Source of the DNA: Pyrolobus fumarii 1A
GTDB taxonomy: Archaea > Thermoproteota > Thermoprotei_A > Sulfolobales > Pyrodictiaceae
Length of the DNA stretch: 32,000 bases
Reading direction: 5' to 3'
NCBI RefSeq assembly: GCF_000223395.1
Contig: NC_015931.1
Span: 960,001-992,000 of the forward strand
The notes under the pieces are model-generated. The model saw only the letters and a program-made list of their open reading frames with translations, was not told the DNA's origin and did no database searches. This document shows positions 7,029 through 14,722 of this stretch, in pieces. The translations under genes were made by a program, and so were the position numbers. Each line of letters opens with the position of its first letter. Position 1 is the first letter of the stretch.

Positions 7029-10000
7029 GTGAGAATGAGTGTAGCTGGTTTCATCGCGAGGCATCCGCTGCTAGTGATTAGCGTATGGTTATTGGTGGCA
7101 TTGCTAGCTACGCCGCTCTTCATGGAGCTAAACACGGTTGTCAAGAGTATCCAGTACTCTCTGCCGCCAGGCAGCGAGGCTGAACAAGCCGAGAAGCTCC
7201 TCACGAGCATAAAGAGTGGTGGTGCTCACCCGGCGATAATAATAGTCGAGAACGTAGATCTCAGTGATAATGCGACGCTTGTCAAGCTAGTCCGGTGGGG
7301 ACGCGTATTCAACGAGAGCTTCGAGGAGAAGAAGCTAGGTAGTAACCTCGTCAGCGTCCCAGTGATGCTCGCGTCTATCAACGAGAGTATCTACCAGAGG
7401 CTCCTCGAGGGCATAGAGAAGGGCTCGGAGGGCGCAAGTGAAGCCTACCGCGCACTCCTACAGCTAAACGAGAGCTACACCATAGCATACCGTAACCTCA
7501 CAACCATGATAGAGCAGCTAAATGAGGCTGTGAAGGGCGTCGTCAAGGCCGACCGGGGGTACAGCGAGGCCTACCACGGCCTCCTAATGTTGACGAATGC
7601 TAGCGTCGCAGTGGCACAAGGTCTGGTCGAGCTTGATAAGCGTGTAGTGAACGCGACCGAACAGTTGCTCCTAGTGGCATCCAAGCTTAACGAGACTGCT
7701 TCTAAGCTCGCACTTCTAGACAAAGAGGCTAGCCAGCTGGCAGCCAACCTTACAGAGACGGCAGCCCTCCTCAGGAGCATGCTTGGCAACGAGAGCATAG
7801 TATCGAGGATAATGGAGGGTGTAGCCTTCACCTGGTGGCAGGTCAGCAGAACCTACGAGTACATGGAGGCGTTCAACGGCAACTATACAATGTATGTGGC
7901 CTACACTAACTTAACACTCATAGACCCGAGGCTAGCCCCGTTACCATCTAGCGAGGCGAAGCTCGTCTGGCTTAGCGTCCGCAACCTAACACTCCAGGGC
8001 ATTGACCCGGATAGAGCGTCTCTCCAAGTCGCAGAGAAGCTGGTGGCGGAGCAGCTGGCTACGCGCGACGCTAGGCTAGCAAAGCTGCTACCACTGTTCA
8101 CCCAGGTCTACTGGAAGATGCTAGAGGCGGAGAAGCAGAGGCTCAACGTGACAAGCCTAGCAAGCCTCTATAGTCTCGATCCGCGCCAGGCGCCATATAC
8201 GCAACTCCAAGTCCTTAGCATCGCGCGCAGTGCGGGTGGCAACGCAACGCTCTACATTACCAGCCACGCGGATGAACTTGTGTCAACCCTACTCTCCGAG
8301 CAGATGAAACGCATGGGTATCGACGAGGAAACGGCGGTACAGCTGTCACAAGCTGCGGTAGAAGGTCGCATACCGGCCTACCTCGCGGCCAAGGCTGTAG
8401 TAGAGCTAGCGTCGCGAACGTACCCAGAGGTATCCACGGTAGCAGACCTACTCATCGAAGCCATAAGCAGGTACGACCCGGGCCTAGAGGCTAGCCTAGC
8501 GACCAACCGTACGCTTGCGGTACGTGCGGCATCCGAGATGTTAGTGAAGCTTGGTGTACCGCGTAACATAGTTGAGCTTGTAGCGCCCCTAGTCGAAAAG
8601 AACATTACAAGCCGTGAGGCTTATGCTACTGCCGCATACCGCCTCATTAAAGAGATGCTTGTCAGAGTAAAGCCTGAAGCCGTACAACTCCTGCCACTCG
8701 TTGAGAAGTACGACCCGCTCGCAGAGGGGAGGCTAGTCTCCGACAGGGCAACGTTGAAGGCTGCCGTGATGGAAGCCTTGAGTAGAGTAGCAGGCGAGAG
8801 GCTAGCGCAACTTCCTCGCGAACTCGTAGAGTGGATAGTTAGCAGAGTGGTTGAGGGTAACCAGCCGAGTCCGGAGGAGTTGCGAGAGAAGGCGATCAGC
8901 CTCGTAGAGAGTATGCTCGCGGAGATGGTTGGCAAGGAGAAGGCTAGGCTGATCGTCGAGATACTGGAGAAGTATGATCCGGAAGCTGATGCGACACTAG
9001 CTCGCAACACCACTCTTGCGGTACAGGCGCTGGTTGAAGCCTTCGAGGGGCAGGAGGCGAGCATACCCGTCAACAAGACCGTGGTAATTGAGCTGGTCGA
9101 GCATCCCGAGCAGCTTAACGAGACCTTCTGTAGGCTATTCCGCGAAGAAGCACTCAAGCGTGTACCAAGCGAGGCAAAGACCCTAGCCGAGAGGGCGATT
9201 AACACGCTATGCGAGAAGGGGAGACTAACAGACAGCGATGTGTGGCTACTAGTACGCGAAGCAATCGAGGAGAATATAGGCAGGATAAGCGCCAACTTCA
9301 CGGGTGTCAGTCTCCCGGAGTGGCTCAAGCCTCAACTCGTTAACGCTATACTTGCGGTGGCGCGTAACGAGACTAGACCCGAGGTTGAAGCCGCTAGGCT
9401 CTCAACCTTAATCCTGCTACGTGACGTGACGCCCAAGGTGATGAGTGAGGCTAAGGGACTACTAGTAGCTCGTGACCTCAAAGGCTTCATAGTGATGTTC
9501 GAGCCTAGTGGCAATGTGAGCGACGAGAGGGTCGAGAAGATCCTGGAGGCGGAGAAGCTAGTAAAGGAGACGCTCTCTCGCTTCGTCAGCGGCTTCAACG
9601 TTCGTATGACGAGCTCGGACCTCGTGATGAAGGAGGTTCGCGAGTATGCGCTCGAGGATATAGAGAAGACTAGCAAGATAAGCGAGGCTGCGACGTTTCT
9701 CGTGCTACTCTTGATACTCGAGAGCCTCTTTGCAGTGGCAATGCCGTATCTCGGCATAGGCCTAGGCATAGTGCTCGGCGGCGCCCTGGTCTTCCTTGCC
9801 GCCAGGTACGGGCTCATAGATGTCACGAACGAGGCACAAACGCTAATGATAACAACGGCTCTGGGTCTCGGTGCGGACTACGCCGGTTACCTGGTCCACA
9901 GGTTCCGCGAGGAGTACGCGATAGTCGGTGATGCTAGGCGGGCTGTAGAGAGGGCGCTGAGTACAGCCGGTCCAGCGATAGTGGCCAGCGCGTTTACCGT

Positions 10001-11276
10001 GATAATCGGGTTCGCCAGCCTCCTCCTTGGCTGGGATATAGCGTTCCTACGCAGCCTCGGCGAAACCATACCAATTACTGTAGCGGCGACCGCCCTGGCG
10101 AGCCTAACGCTGGTGCCGGCGCTCCTAGCGCTGCTAGGCGGGCGCTCGTGGTTCTGGTGGCCGAGGAGACCAAGCATAGAGAGGCATGTGGGCCGCGAGA
10201 GTAGGCTGATGAAGAGCCTGCTCAGACACCATCGTGTTGTGCTAGCGGTGCTAGTGGCAGTGTTCCTAGTAGCTGGGTACTTCTACGTGAACTTCCACGG
10301 CAGTCATGACATGAAGCTTATGCTCCCCGAGAATGCTGACGCAGTAAAGGCCTTTGATACGCTCAAACGTGAGTATATGCCAGGCCTCACTGATCCGATA
10401 TTCGTCACGCTAAAGCTACCCAAGAGCTTCCACGAGAGTATTGAAATGCAAACGCTTGTCGAGAACCTTGCTAAGCGTATTGAGCGCGTGGAGGGCGTCG
10501 GTATAGTGGTGGCGCCCAACGCGACTAGCGGCGAGACAAGCAGCCTGGTGAGCAGCGACGGCAAGATTGTTGCTCTCCAGGTGATACTCTCGGCAGACCC
10601 GTATAGCTGGGACGGTGAAAAGACGATCAGAGAAGTGCACCGGATTGTACACGAGTATGCAGAGACACATGGTATCGAGGCGTATGTGGGTGGAGCCCCA
10701 TTCGCGGTAATGGAGATGGATGAGATACTCCACGAGCGCTTCTACTACCGTATACTCCCGGCGGCCAGCATACTCATGGTGGCCGCGTTCACCGGCATCT
10801 TCGGCGCGCTCCCAGTGAGCATAGCCGCACTGCTAGTAATCATAGGCGCCGCAATGACAGGCATTATGGCGAGTGTTGCGCTGTTCCAGTGGCTGCTCGG
10901 CAAACCGATACTATGGTTCCTACACATTGTGACGATGGTTGCGGTGCTAGGCGTGGGCATGGATTACAACAGCTTCTTCCTAGCAAGGGCGCTTGAAGAG
11001 TGTAGAAAGACGAACTGTGACGTCGAGAAGGCCCTGCCGCGCGCCGCTGGTGCAGTAAGCCTCTTCGTGGTTGGCCTGGCACTTGTAGTCTCTAGCGCCT
11101 ACCTGTCACTAATGGCGAGCAGCAACGTAGGCATGAGAGAAATGGGCTTCACGCTAGGCTTGACGGTCATGCTGGCTGGCATAATGGCTGCATACCTCTT
11201 CACGCCGCTAGTTATAGCTGTGTTGCGGCATCGTGCATGGTGGCCGCGCGGGATGAAAAGGAAGGTTGTGCATTGA
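7029..11276 (+). CDS. MMPL/RND-superfamily membrane transporter with a greatly expanded first extracytoplasmic domain
   Basis: A 1415-aa ORF; ATG 7035 is an alternative start. N-terminal TM LLVISVWLLVALLATPLF. First TM bundle with the signature GLGADYAGYLVHRFREEY. Second TM bundle with GVGMDYNSFFLARALEE. The overall topology is 12 TM. About 850 aa of mostly helical, sequon-rich sequence lies between TM1 and TM2. Confidence 0.85.
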   Translation: MRMSVAGFIARHPLLVISVWLLVALLATPLFMELNTVVKSIQYSLPPGSEAEQAEKLLTSIKSGGAHPAIIIVENVDLSDNATLVKLVRWGRVFNESFEEKKLGSNLVSVPVMLASINESIYQRLLEGIEKGSEGASEAYRALLQLNESYTIAYRNLTTMIEQLNEAVKGVVKADRGYSEAYHGLLMLTNASVAVAQGLVELDKRVVNATEQLLLVASKLNETASKLALLDKEASQLAANLTETAALLRSMLGNESIVSRIMEGVAFTWWQVSRTYEYMEAFNGNYTMYVAYTNLTLIDPRLAPLPSSEAKLVWLSVRNLTLQGIDPDRASLQVAEKLVAEQLATRDARLAKLLPLFTQVYWKMLEAEKQRLNVTSLASLYSLDPRQAPYTQLQVLSIARSAGGNATLYITSHADELVSTLLSEQMKRMGIDEETAVQLSQAAVEGRIPAYLAAKAVVELASRTYPEVSTVADLLIEAISRYDPGLEASLATNRTLAVRAASEMLVKLGVPRNIVELVAPLVEKNITSREAYATAAYRLIKEMLVRVKPEAVQLLPLVEKYDPLAEGRLVSDRATLKAAVMEALSRVAGERLAQLPRELVEWIVSRVVEGNQPSPEELREKAISLVESMLAEMVGKEKARLIVEILEKYDPEADATLARNTTLAVQALVEAFEGQEASIPVNKTVVIELVEHPEQLNETFCRLFREEALKRVPSEAKTLAERAINTLCEKGRLTDSDVWLLVREAIEENIGRISANFTGVSLPEWLKPQLVNAILAVARNETRPEVEAARLSTLILLRDVTPKVMSEAKGLLVARDLKGFIVMFEPSGNVSDERVEKILEAEKLVKETLSRFVSGFNVRMTSSDLVMKEVREYALEDIEKTSKISEAATFLVLLLILESLFAVAMPYLGIGLGIVLGGALVFLAARYGLIDVTNEAQTLMITTALGLGADYAGYLVHRFREEYAIVGDARRAVERALSTAGPAIVASAFTVIIGFASLLLGWDIAFLRSLGETIPITVAATALASLTLVPALLALLGGRSWFWWPRRPSIERHVGRESRLMKSLLRHHRVVLAVLVAVFLVAGYFYVNFHGSHDMKLMLPENADAVKAFDTLKREYMPGLTDPIFVTLKLPKSFHESIEMQTLVENLAKRIERVEGVGIVVAPNATSGETSSLVSSDGKIVALQVILSADPYSWDGEKTIREVHRIVHEYAETHGIEAYVGGAPFAVMEMDEILHERFYYRILPAASILMVAAFTGIFGALPVSIAALLVIIGAAMTGIMASVALFQWLLGKPILWFLHIVTMVAVLGVGMDYNSFFLARALEECRKTNCDVEKALPRAAGAVSLFVVGLALVVSSAYLSLMASSNVGMREMGFTLGLTVMLAGIMAAYLFTPLVIAVLRHRAWWPRGMKRKVVH
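8448..9050 (+). repeat. Three tandem ~80-90-aa helical protein repeats inside the MMPL ectodomain
   Basis: The copies are LLIEAISRYDPGLEASLATNRTLAVRAASEML, LLPLVEKYDPLAEGRLVSDRATLKAAVMEAL and IVEILEKYDPEADATLARNTTLAVQALVEAF. The Tyr codons of the YDP motifs are at 8472, 8709 and 8973, a spacing of 79 and 88 codons. DNA-level similarity is only gagaagtaYgaYccg. Confidence 0.6.
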
Positions 11277-11324
11277 GACGGTGCGACTATCGTGACGGCA
11301 CGCTACTCGACAAATGTCATACAC

Positions 11325-11329
11325 TTTTT
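11325..11329 (+). terminator. Oligo-T run downstream of the MMPL gene
   Basis: acacTTTTTacg lies about 50 nt after the TGA at 11274-11276. Confidence 0.3.
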
Positions 11330-11390
11330 ACGTCATTTCATGCATTGCTGGTTACGCGCTAGGCGCTGCGCCATGGGGGTTACTTGTATT

Positions 11391-11413
11391 GAATTGTGTT
11401 TTATGCACAATTC
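11391..11413. promoter_or_regulatory. Perfect 8-bp inverted repeat (GAATTGTG-N7-CACAATTC); candidate operator of the 11469-13138 operon
   Basis: Read directly: gaattgtg ttttatg cacaattc. It lies 12 nt upstream of the TATA-like TTATAAAG (11425-11432) and about 55 nt upstream of GTG 11469. Confidence 0.45.
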
Positions 11414-11424
11414 GTGAACCCACG

Positions 11425-11432
11425 TTATAAAG
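11425..11432 (+). promoter_or_regulatory. TATA-like box of the 11469-13138 operon
   Basis: TTATAAAG lies about 37 nt upstream of GTG 11469, consistent with a very short leader. Confidence 0.4.
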
Positions 11433-11468
11433 CCAAGCGACAGCAGTACATTCTCTTGATGGGAGATA

Positions 11469-11924
11469 GTGTTGAGCGTAAAGCTAGGCGTCGTAGCCGC
11501 GATAGTAGTAGCAGTGTTGATTGCGGCGTTCCCGCTATACGCTGATGCTCTTAGACCATTCATATGGCAGCATTACGCGGAGACGCGCGAAGGCGGCTAT
11601 GGATGGAGGGGTGGTGAAAGCGAGGCTACAAGCACAGCGGTAGCTACGTATGAACCGGGCGAGGAGGTAACCATAACCGGTGTCATAGAGAAGATCGATG
11701 TTAATGAGGGTAGTGTAACAGTCAACGGCGAGAAGATTATCGTGCGGGGCACGTGGATCGTCGAGACCCCCGAGGGCAAGAAGGAGGTGTACTTCGACGA
11801 GTTGTTGACGATGCTGAAGCCCGGTGAAAAGGCGAGCATCAAGTGCCGCGTCTCCGGCAAGTGGGGTCTTATAGCACTTGAGATAGAAACACCAAGCCTA
11901 AAGGCAGAGAAGAGCGAGGGGTGA
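11469..11924 (+). CDS. Small N-terminally membrane-anchored protein with a beta-rich (OB-like?) C-terminal domain, function unknown
   Basis: A 151-aa ORF with a GTG start. TM LGVVAAIVVAVLIAAFPLY, then EEVTITGVIEKIDVNEGSVTVNGEKIIVRGTWIVETPEGKK. Its stop overlaps the next start (ATGA-type overlap at 11921-11924). Confidence 0.6.
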   Translation: MLSVKLGVVAAIVVAVLIAAFPLYADALRPFIWQHYAETREGGYGWRGGESEATSTAVATYEPGEEVTITGVIEKIDVNEGSVTVNGEKIIVRGTWIVETPEGKKEVYFDELLTMLKPGEKASIKCRVSGKWGLIALEIETPSLKAEKSEG

Positions 11925-12217
11925 TGCCCATGGTCAACGTGTATATGACTCTACGTACCGTGAGCGTCGTCCTGCTGGCAGTCTTCGGGTTATTGACGCT
12001 AATCAGTGGTATGATACTCGCAACAGCGCCCCACGGCCCCGGAAGCGGCGATGCTACTGCACTGGGTATCAGTAAATCCGATTGGAATGCGATACGCGAG
12101 ATAGTGGCGTTCATAGCAGCTGGTGCGGCCGTGCTGCACGTGTATGCAAATCAGCGTGCACTAGCGTTCCACTTTAAGCGTGCTGTAGGAGTGACGCCAT
12201 CTGCCGGAAGGAGGTGA
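11921..12217 (+). CDS. Small 2-TM membrane protein, DUF4405-like (conserved His pair)
   Basis: A 98-aa ORF. VSVVLLAVFGLLTLISGMILATAPHGPG...WNAIREIVAFIAAGAAVLHVYANQRAL has two TM helices, each followed by or containing His. This resembles the DUF4405 pattern as I remember it. It overlaps the upstream gene by 4 nt. Confidence 0.5.
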   Translation: MMPMVNVYMTLRTVSVVLLAVFGLLTLISGMILATAPHGPGSGDATALGISKSDWNAIREIVAFIAAGAAVLHVYANQRALAFHFKRAVGVTPSAGRR

Positions 12218-12259
12218 GAGTGACTGACACTAGTCGCTCAACTAGCGCCTTTTTTACTC

Positions 12260-12853
12260 GTGATATCGGCTGTTGGTATAGTCGCGACTATCTACGCGTC
12301 TCTTAGGTTGTTCTCCGCCTCGCGCATAGTAGGTGACCAGACGCTGATCCTAGAGGGTATAGCGCTACTCATGTACGCTATAGCGCTGGGCGTGGAGGTC
12401 ACGGGTCTGCTTGGCGCTGTCAGCGCTGTTGGTATAGGAGGAGGGCATCCCCCCTGGGCGCGTCATCTTCCGGGCATGGGGCAGTCGCAACTCGAGGTTG
12501 GCAAGATTCTCCAGGCAAGTTTGCTTGCAGGATACCTCTATGTCGCCTCGTATGCGGTTCACGCCGCTAGCCTATATGCGGGTGCGAAGAGTGAGCGCGC
12601 ACTCCTCCCTTCAATGGTAATAGTCTATATGGATTACAACCTCATAGCGCTTGTACTCCTAGTTGCTATCTGCTTCGCTCTAGTCAACATATACGGCGCC
12701 ACGAGACAAGCAGTATTATACCACGTGCTAATATGTGCTAGTCATGCCATGGGCATAGTTGTAGCCTCGTTGGGGGAAACGTGGCTCCTAGCTCCCATAG
12801 CGTTGCGTAGCGTAGCGCCACTCGCGTTGATCCCGTGGAGGCGTGGAGGCTGA
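12260..12853 (+). CDS. Polytopic (about 6 TM) membrane protein, function unknown
   Basis: A 197-aa ORF with a GTG start. Hydrophobic segments alternate throughout. I recognise no family motif. It lies 42 nt after the previous gene and 6 nt before the next. Confidence 0.55.
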   Translation: MISAVGIVATIYASLRLFSASRIVGDQTLILEGIALLMYAIALGVEVTGLLGAVSAVGIGGGHPPWARHLPGMGQSQLEVGKILQASLLAGYLYVASYAVHAASLYAGAKSERALLPSMVIVYMDYNLIALVLLVAICFALVNIYGATRQAVLYHVLICASHAMGIVVASLGETWLLAPIALRSVAPLALIPWRRGG

Positions 12854-12859
12854 TGATGA

Positions 12860-13138
12860 TTGAGGAGGAGGTACCGCAGCCAGGCAGGCATAATCCACGA
12901 CATACTCCTAGTCCTATCTAGAGAAGGTCCTATCAACTCTACTAGGTTGGCGCAGCTGGCTAATCTACCATACGATAGGCTTCGTGAGCTGCTTGATAGG
13001 CTTGTAGCGGAGGGCCTCGTGGAGACAGTTGAAGAGGGCGATAGGAAGCTGTACCGAATAACGCCTCAGGGGCTTGACGCGCTTAGGAAGCTTCAAGCTG
13101 CTAAGGAAGTTCTTGAGCGTCTCGGGTACAAGTTCTAG
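12860..13138 (+). CDS. Small winged-helix DNA-binding protein (HTH_45-like archaeal regulator)
   Basis: A 92-aa ORF with a TTG start. RRRYRSQAGIIHDILLVLSREGPINSTRLAQLANLPYDRLRELLDRLVAEGLVETVEEGDRKLYRITPQGLDAL shows the helix-turn-helix plus wing pattern of the small crenarchaeal wHTH family. Confidence 0.7.
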   Translation: MRRRYRSQAGIIHDILLVLSREGPINSTRLAQLANLPYDRLRELLDRLVAEGLVETVEEGDRKLYRITPQGLDALRKLQAAKEVLERLGYKF

Positions 13139-13198
13139 CGTGTACTACCTACTTCCCTTGATGGTTGGCTTGATAAGGCTGCGGTTTAGGGTACACCC

Positions 13199-14398
13199 AT
13201 GCGCACCTGGAGGGGTGTTGAAGAGATGGGTGCTCTGCTCGAGAAGCTAAAGCCGATGAGTGATGGTCAAAAGGAGATGCTAGAAGCGCTCACTAGCGAC
13301 GAGTACGAGATTATAGGACTGTTCGGCCCGACCGGTACCGGTAAGAGCCTCTTCAGCGTACTAACAGGCCTCGATGCGGTACTCGAGGGCAGGTACAAGA
13401 GGCTCATTATCTCGAGGCCAGTTGTCGACGTGGTTACTGGCAAGGAGCTTACTGCGCAGGAGCTAGGCCCCCAGTACTACGAGTTCGTCTCCGCGTACCT
13501 ACGTGACATTCTCGGCGAGTTCATCGAGTGGAAGGAGGTTGAGAAGCTAATCCAGGAGGGTAAGGTGATGTTCGCTGATACCCACTATCTCCGCGGCAGG
13601 ACATTCGACGATGCCATAATCTTCCTCGACGATGCGCAGAACGTGCCGCCGGAGACCAGCGTAGAGATAATGATGAGGATCGGTAGAAACAGCAAGTTCA
13701 TCATCGCGGGCGACCCGGTCTTCCAGAAGCCGCCGCACATGGAGAAGGACGGCGCCACTATGATCAGGGAGGTGCTGCTGGGCGAGGAGAAGGCCAAGGT
13801 GGTTGACCTAGGCTTCAAGGATATTGTGAGGCCCGGCGCTAGGAGAGGCATTAGGCTCCTCCTAGAGCTGCGTATGAGGAACAGGCCGTTGAACGACGTC
13901 GAGAAGAGGATAATGGAGTCGGCGAAGGTGCACGCCCCTGACGCCGACGTGATAACTGTGGTCGAGTTTGTCGAGGAGAAGAAGAGGTTTGAGATTAAGA
14001 GCGAGCATGTCCCAGACGCTCTTATAATCGTCAAGGAGGGCTACCTAGGTAGGCTAGTTGGCCGCGGCGGGGAGAGGATAGAGAAGATCGAGGAGGACAC
14101 TGAGCTCAGGCTACGCGCCGTCGAGCTAACAAGCGATCTGCGCAGCAGCTTCATCAACATGATACGCGCTATACACCCAACCAGCTGGATCTACAAGCAC
14201 ATAGAGGATGTTGACTTCAAGGGACCCGAGCTAGCAATATGGGTACGTAGTGACGAGTTTGGAGCCTTCGTGGGTCAGCGCGGCTTCTACGTCAAGTTCG
14301 TAGACTCGGTATTCAAGAAGCTAATGGGAGTCGGCATCCGTGCCTTTGAGGTGGCTGAGGAGGAAGAGGAGGGTAGGAGGCGCAGGAGGCGCCGCTAA
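13199..14398 (+). CDS. PhoH-like P-loop ATPase fused to two KH-type RNA-binding modules, with an acidic/poly-Arg tail
   Basis: Walker A GLFGPTGTGKS, Walker B IIFLDDAQN, and IIAGDPVFQ (compare PhoH GDxxQxD). KH GxxG motifs occur in LVGRGGERIEKIEE and FVGQRGFYVKF. The C-terminus is EEEEEGRRRRRRR. Confidence 0.8.
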   Translation: MRTWRGVEEMGALLEKLKPMSDGQKEMLEALTSDEYEIIGLFGPTGTGKSLFSVLTGLDAVLEGRYKRLIISRPVVDVVTGKELTAQELGPQYYEFVSAYLRDILGEFIEWKEVEKLIQEGKVMFADTHYLRGRTFDDAIIFLDDAQNVPPETSVEIMMRIGRNSKFIIAGDPVFQKPPHMEKDGATMIREVLLGEEKAKVVDLGFKDIVRPGARRGIRLLLELRMRNRPLNDVEKRIMESAKVHAPDADVITVVEFVEEKKRFEIKSEHVPDALIIVKEGYLGRLVGRGGERIEKIEEDTELRLRAVELTSDLRSSFINMIRAIHPTSWIYKHIEDVDFKGPELAIWVRSDEFGAFVGQRGFYVKFVDSVFKKLMGVGIRAFEVAEEEEEGRRRRRRR

Positions 14399-14445
14399 AG
14401 ACCACCCGGTAGTGATGGAGTTGTTTCAATTATAACTGTTTTCCA

Positions 14446-14450
14446 TTTTT
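14446..14450 (+). terminator. Oligo-T run downstream of the PhoH-like gene
   Basis: ccaTTTTTaatg lies about 50 nt after the TAA at 14396-14398, preceded by tgTTTTcc. The same TTTTTAAT could also act as a TATA box for a downstream transcript. Confidence 0.3.
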
Positions 14451-14722
14451 AATGCGGGCTCGGCATAGGCGAGGGGCACGCATTCCTCACCGGTTCGGCC
14501 TACCCTCGGTTCACCACAGCCCATGTTAGTCTACAATGCTGCCGCTCGTCACGCATTATAGTTTCGTTCTCTTCGTGTGATACTCGCTCCGATACGTGGG
14601 GCAACTGGATATCGTACTACTAGTGTATGAGTGGAGTATCTCGCGTATTTACTGTAGTGTGAAGAGAGTGGGCTTTTTGTTAGGGGACCGGTTTACCTGT
14701 TCAGCCTGGGGATGTTGGCTCC

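Noticed and set aside
7571-10960. Multiple long antisense ORFs inside the MMPL gene (for example 8621-9328, 235 aa; 9332-9826, 164 aa; 9887-10177)
   Set aside because: They translate to Ser/Leu/Ala/Arg-rich low-complexity sequence, which is typical of the reverse complement of GAG/GAA/GCT-rich coding DNA. They are fully contained in a gene with strong family motifs.
11333-11563. 76-aa minus-strand ORF spanning the 11277-11468 intergenic region
   Set aside because: It crosses the promoter and inverted-repeat region and the start of the plus-strand operon. It has no motif support.
13585-14034. 149-aa antisense ORF inside the PhoH-like gene, and 13547-13738
   Set aside because: They are shadow ORFs opposite a motif-supported CDS and have no motifs of their own.
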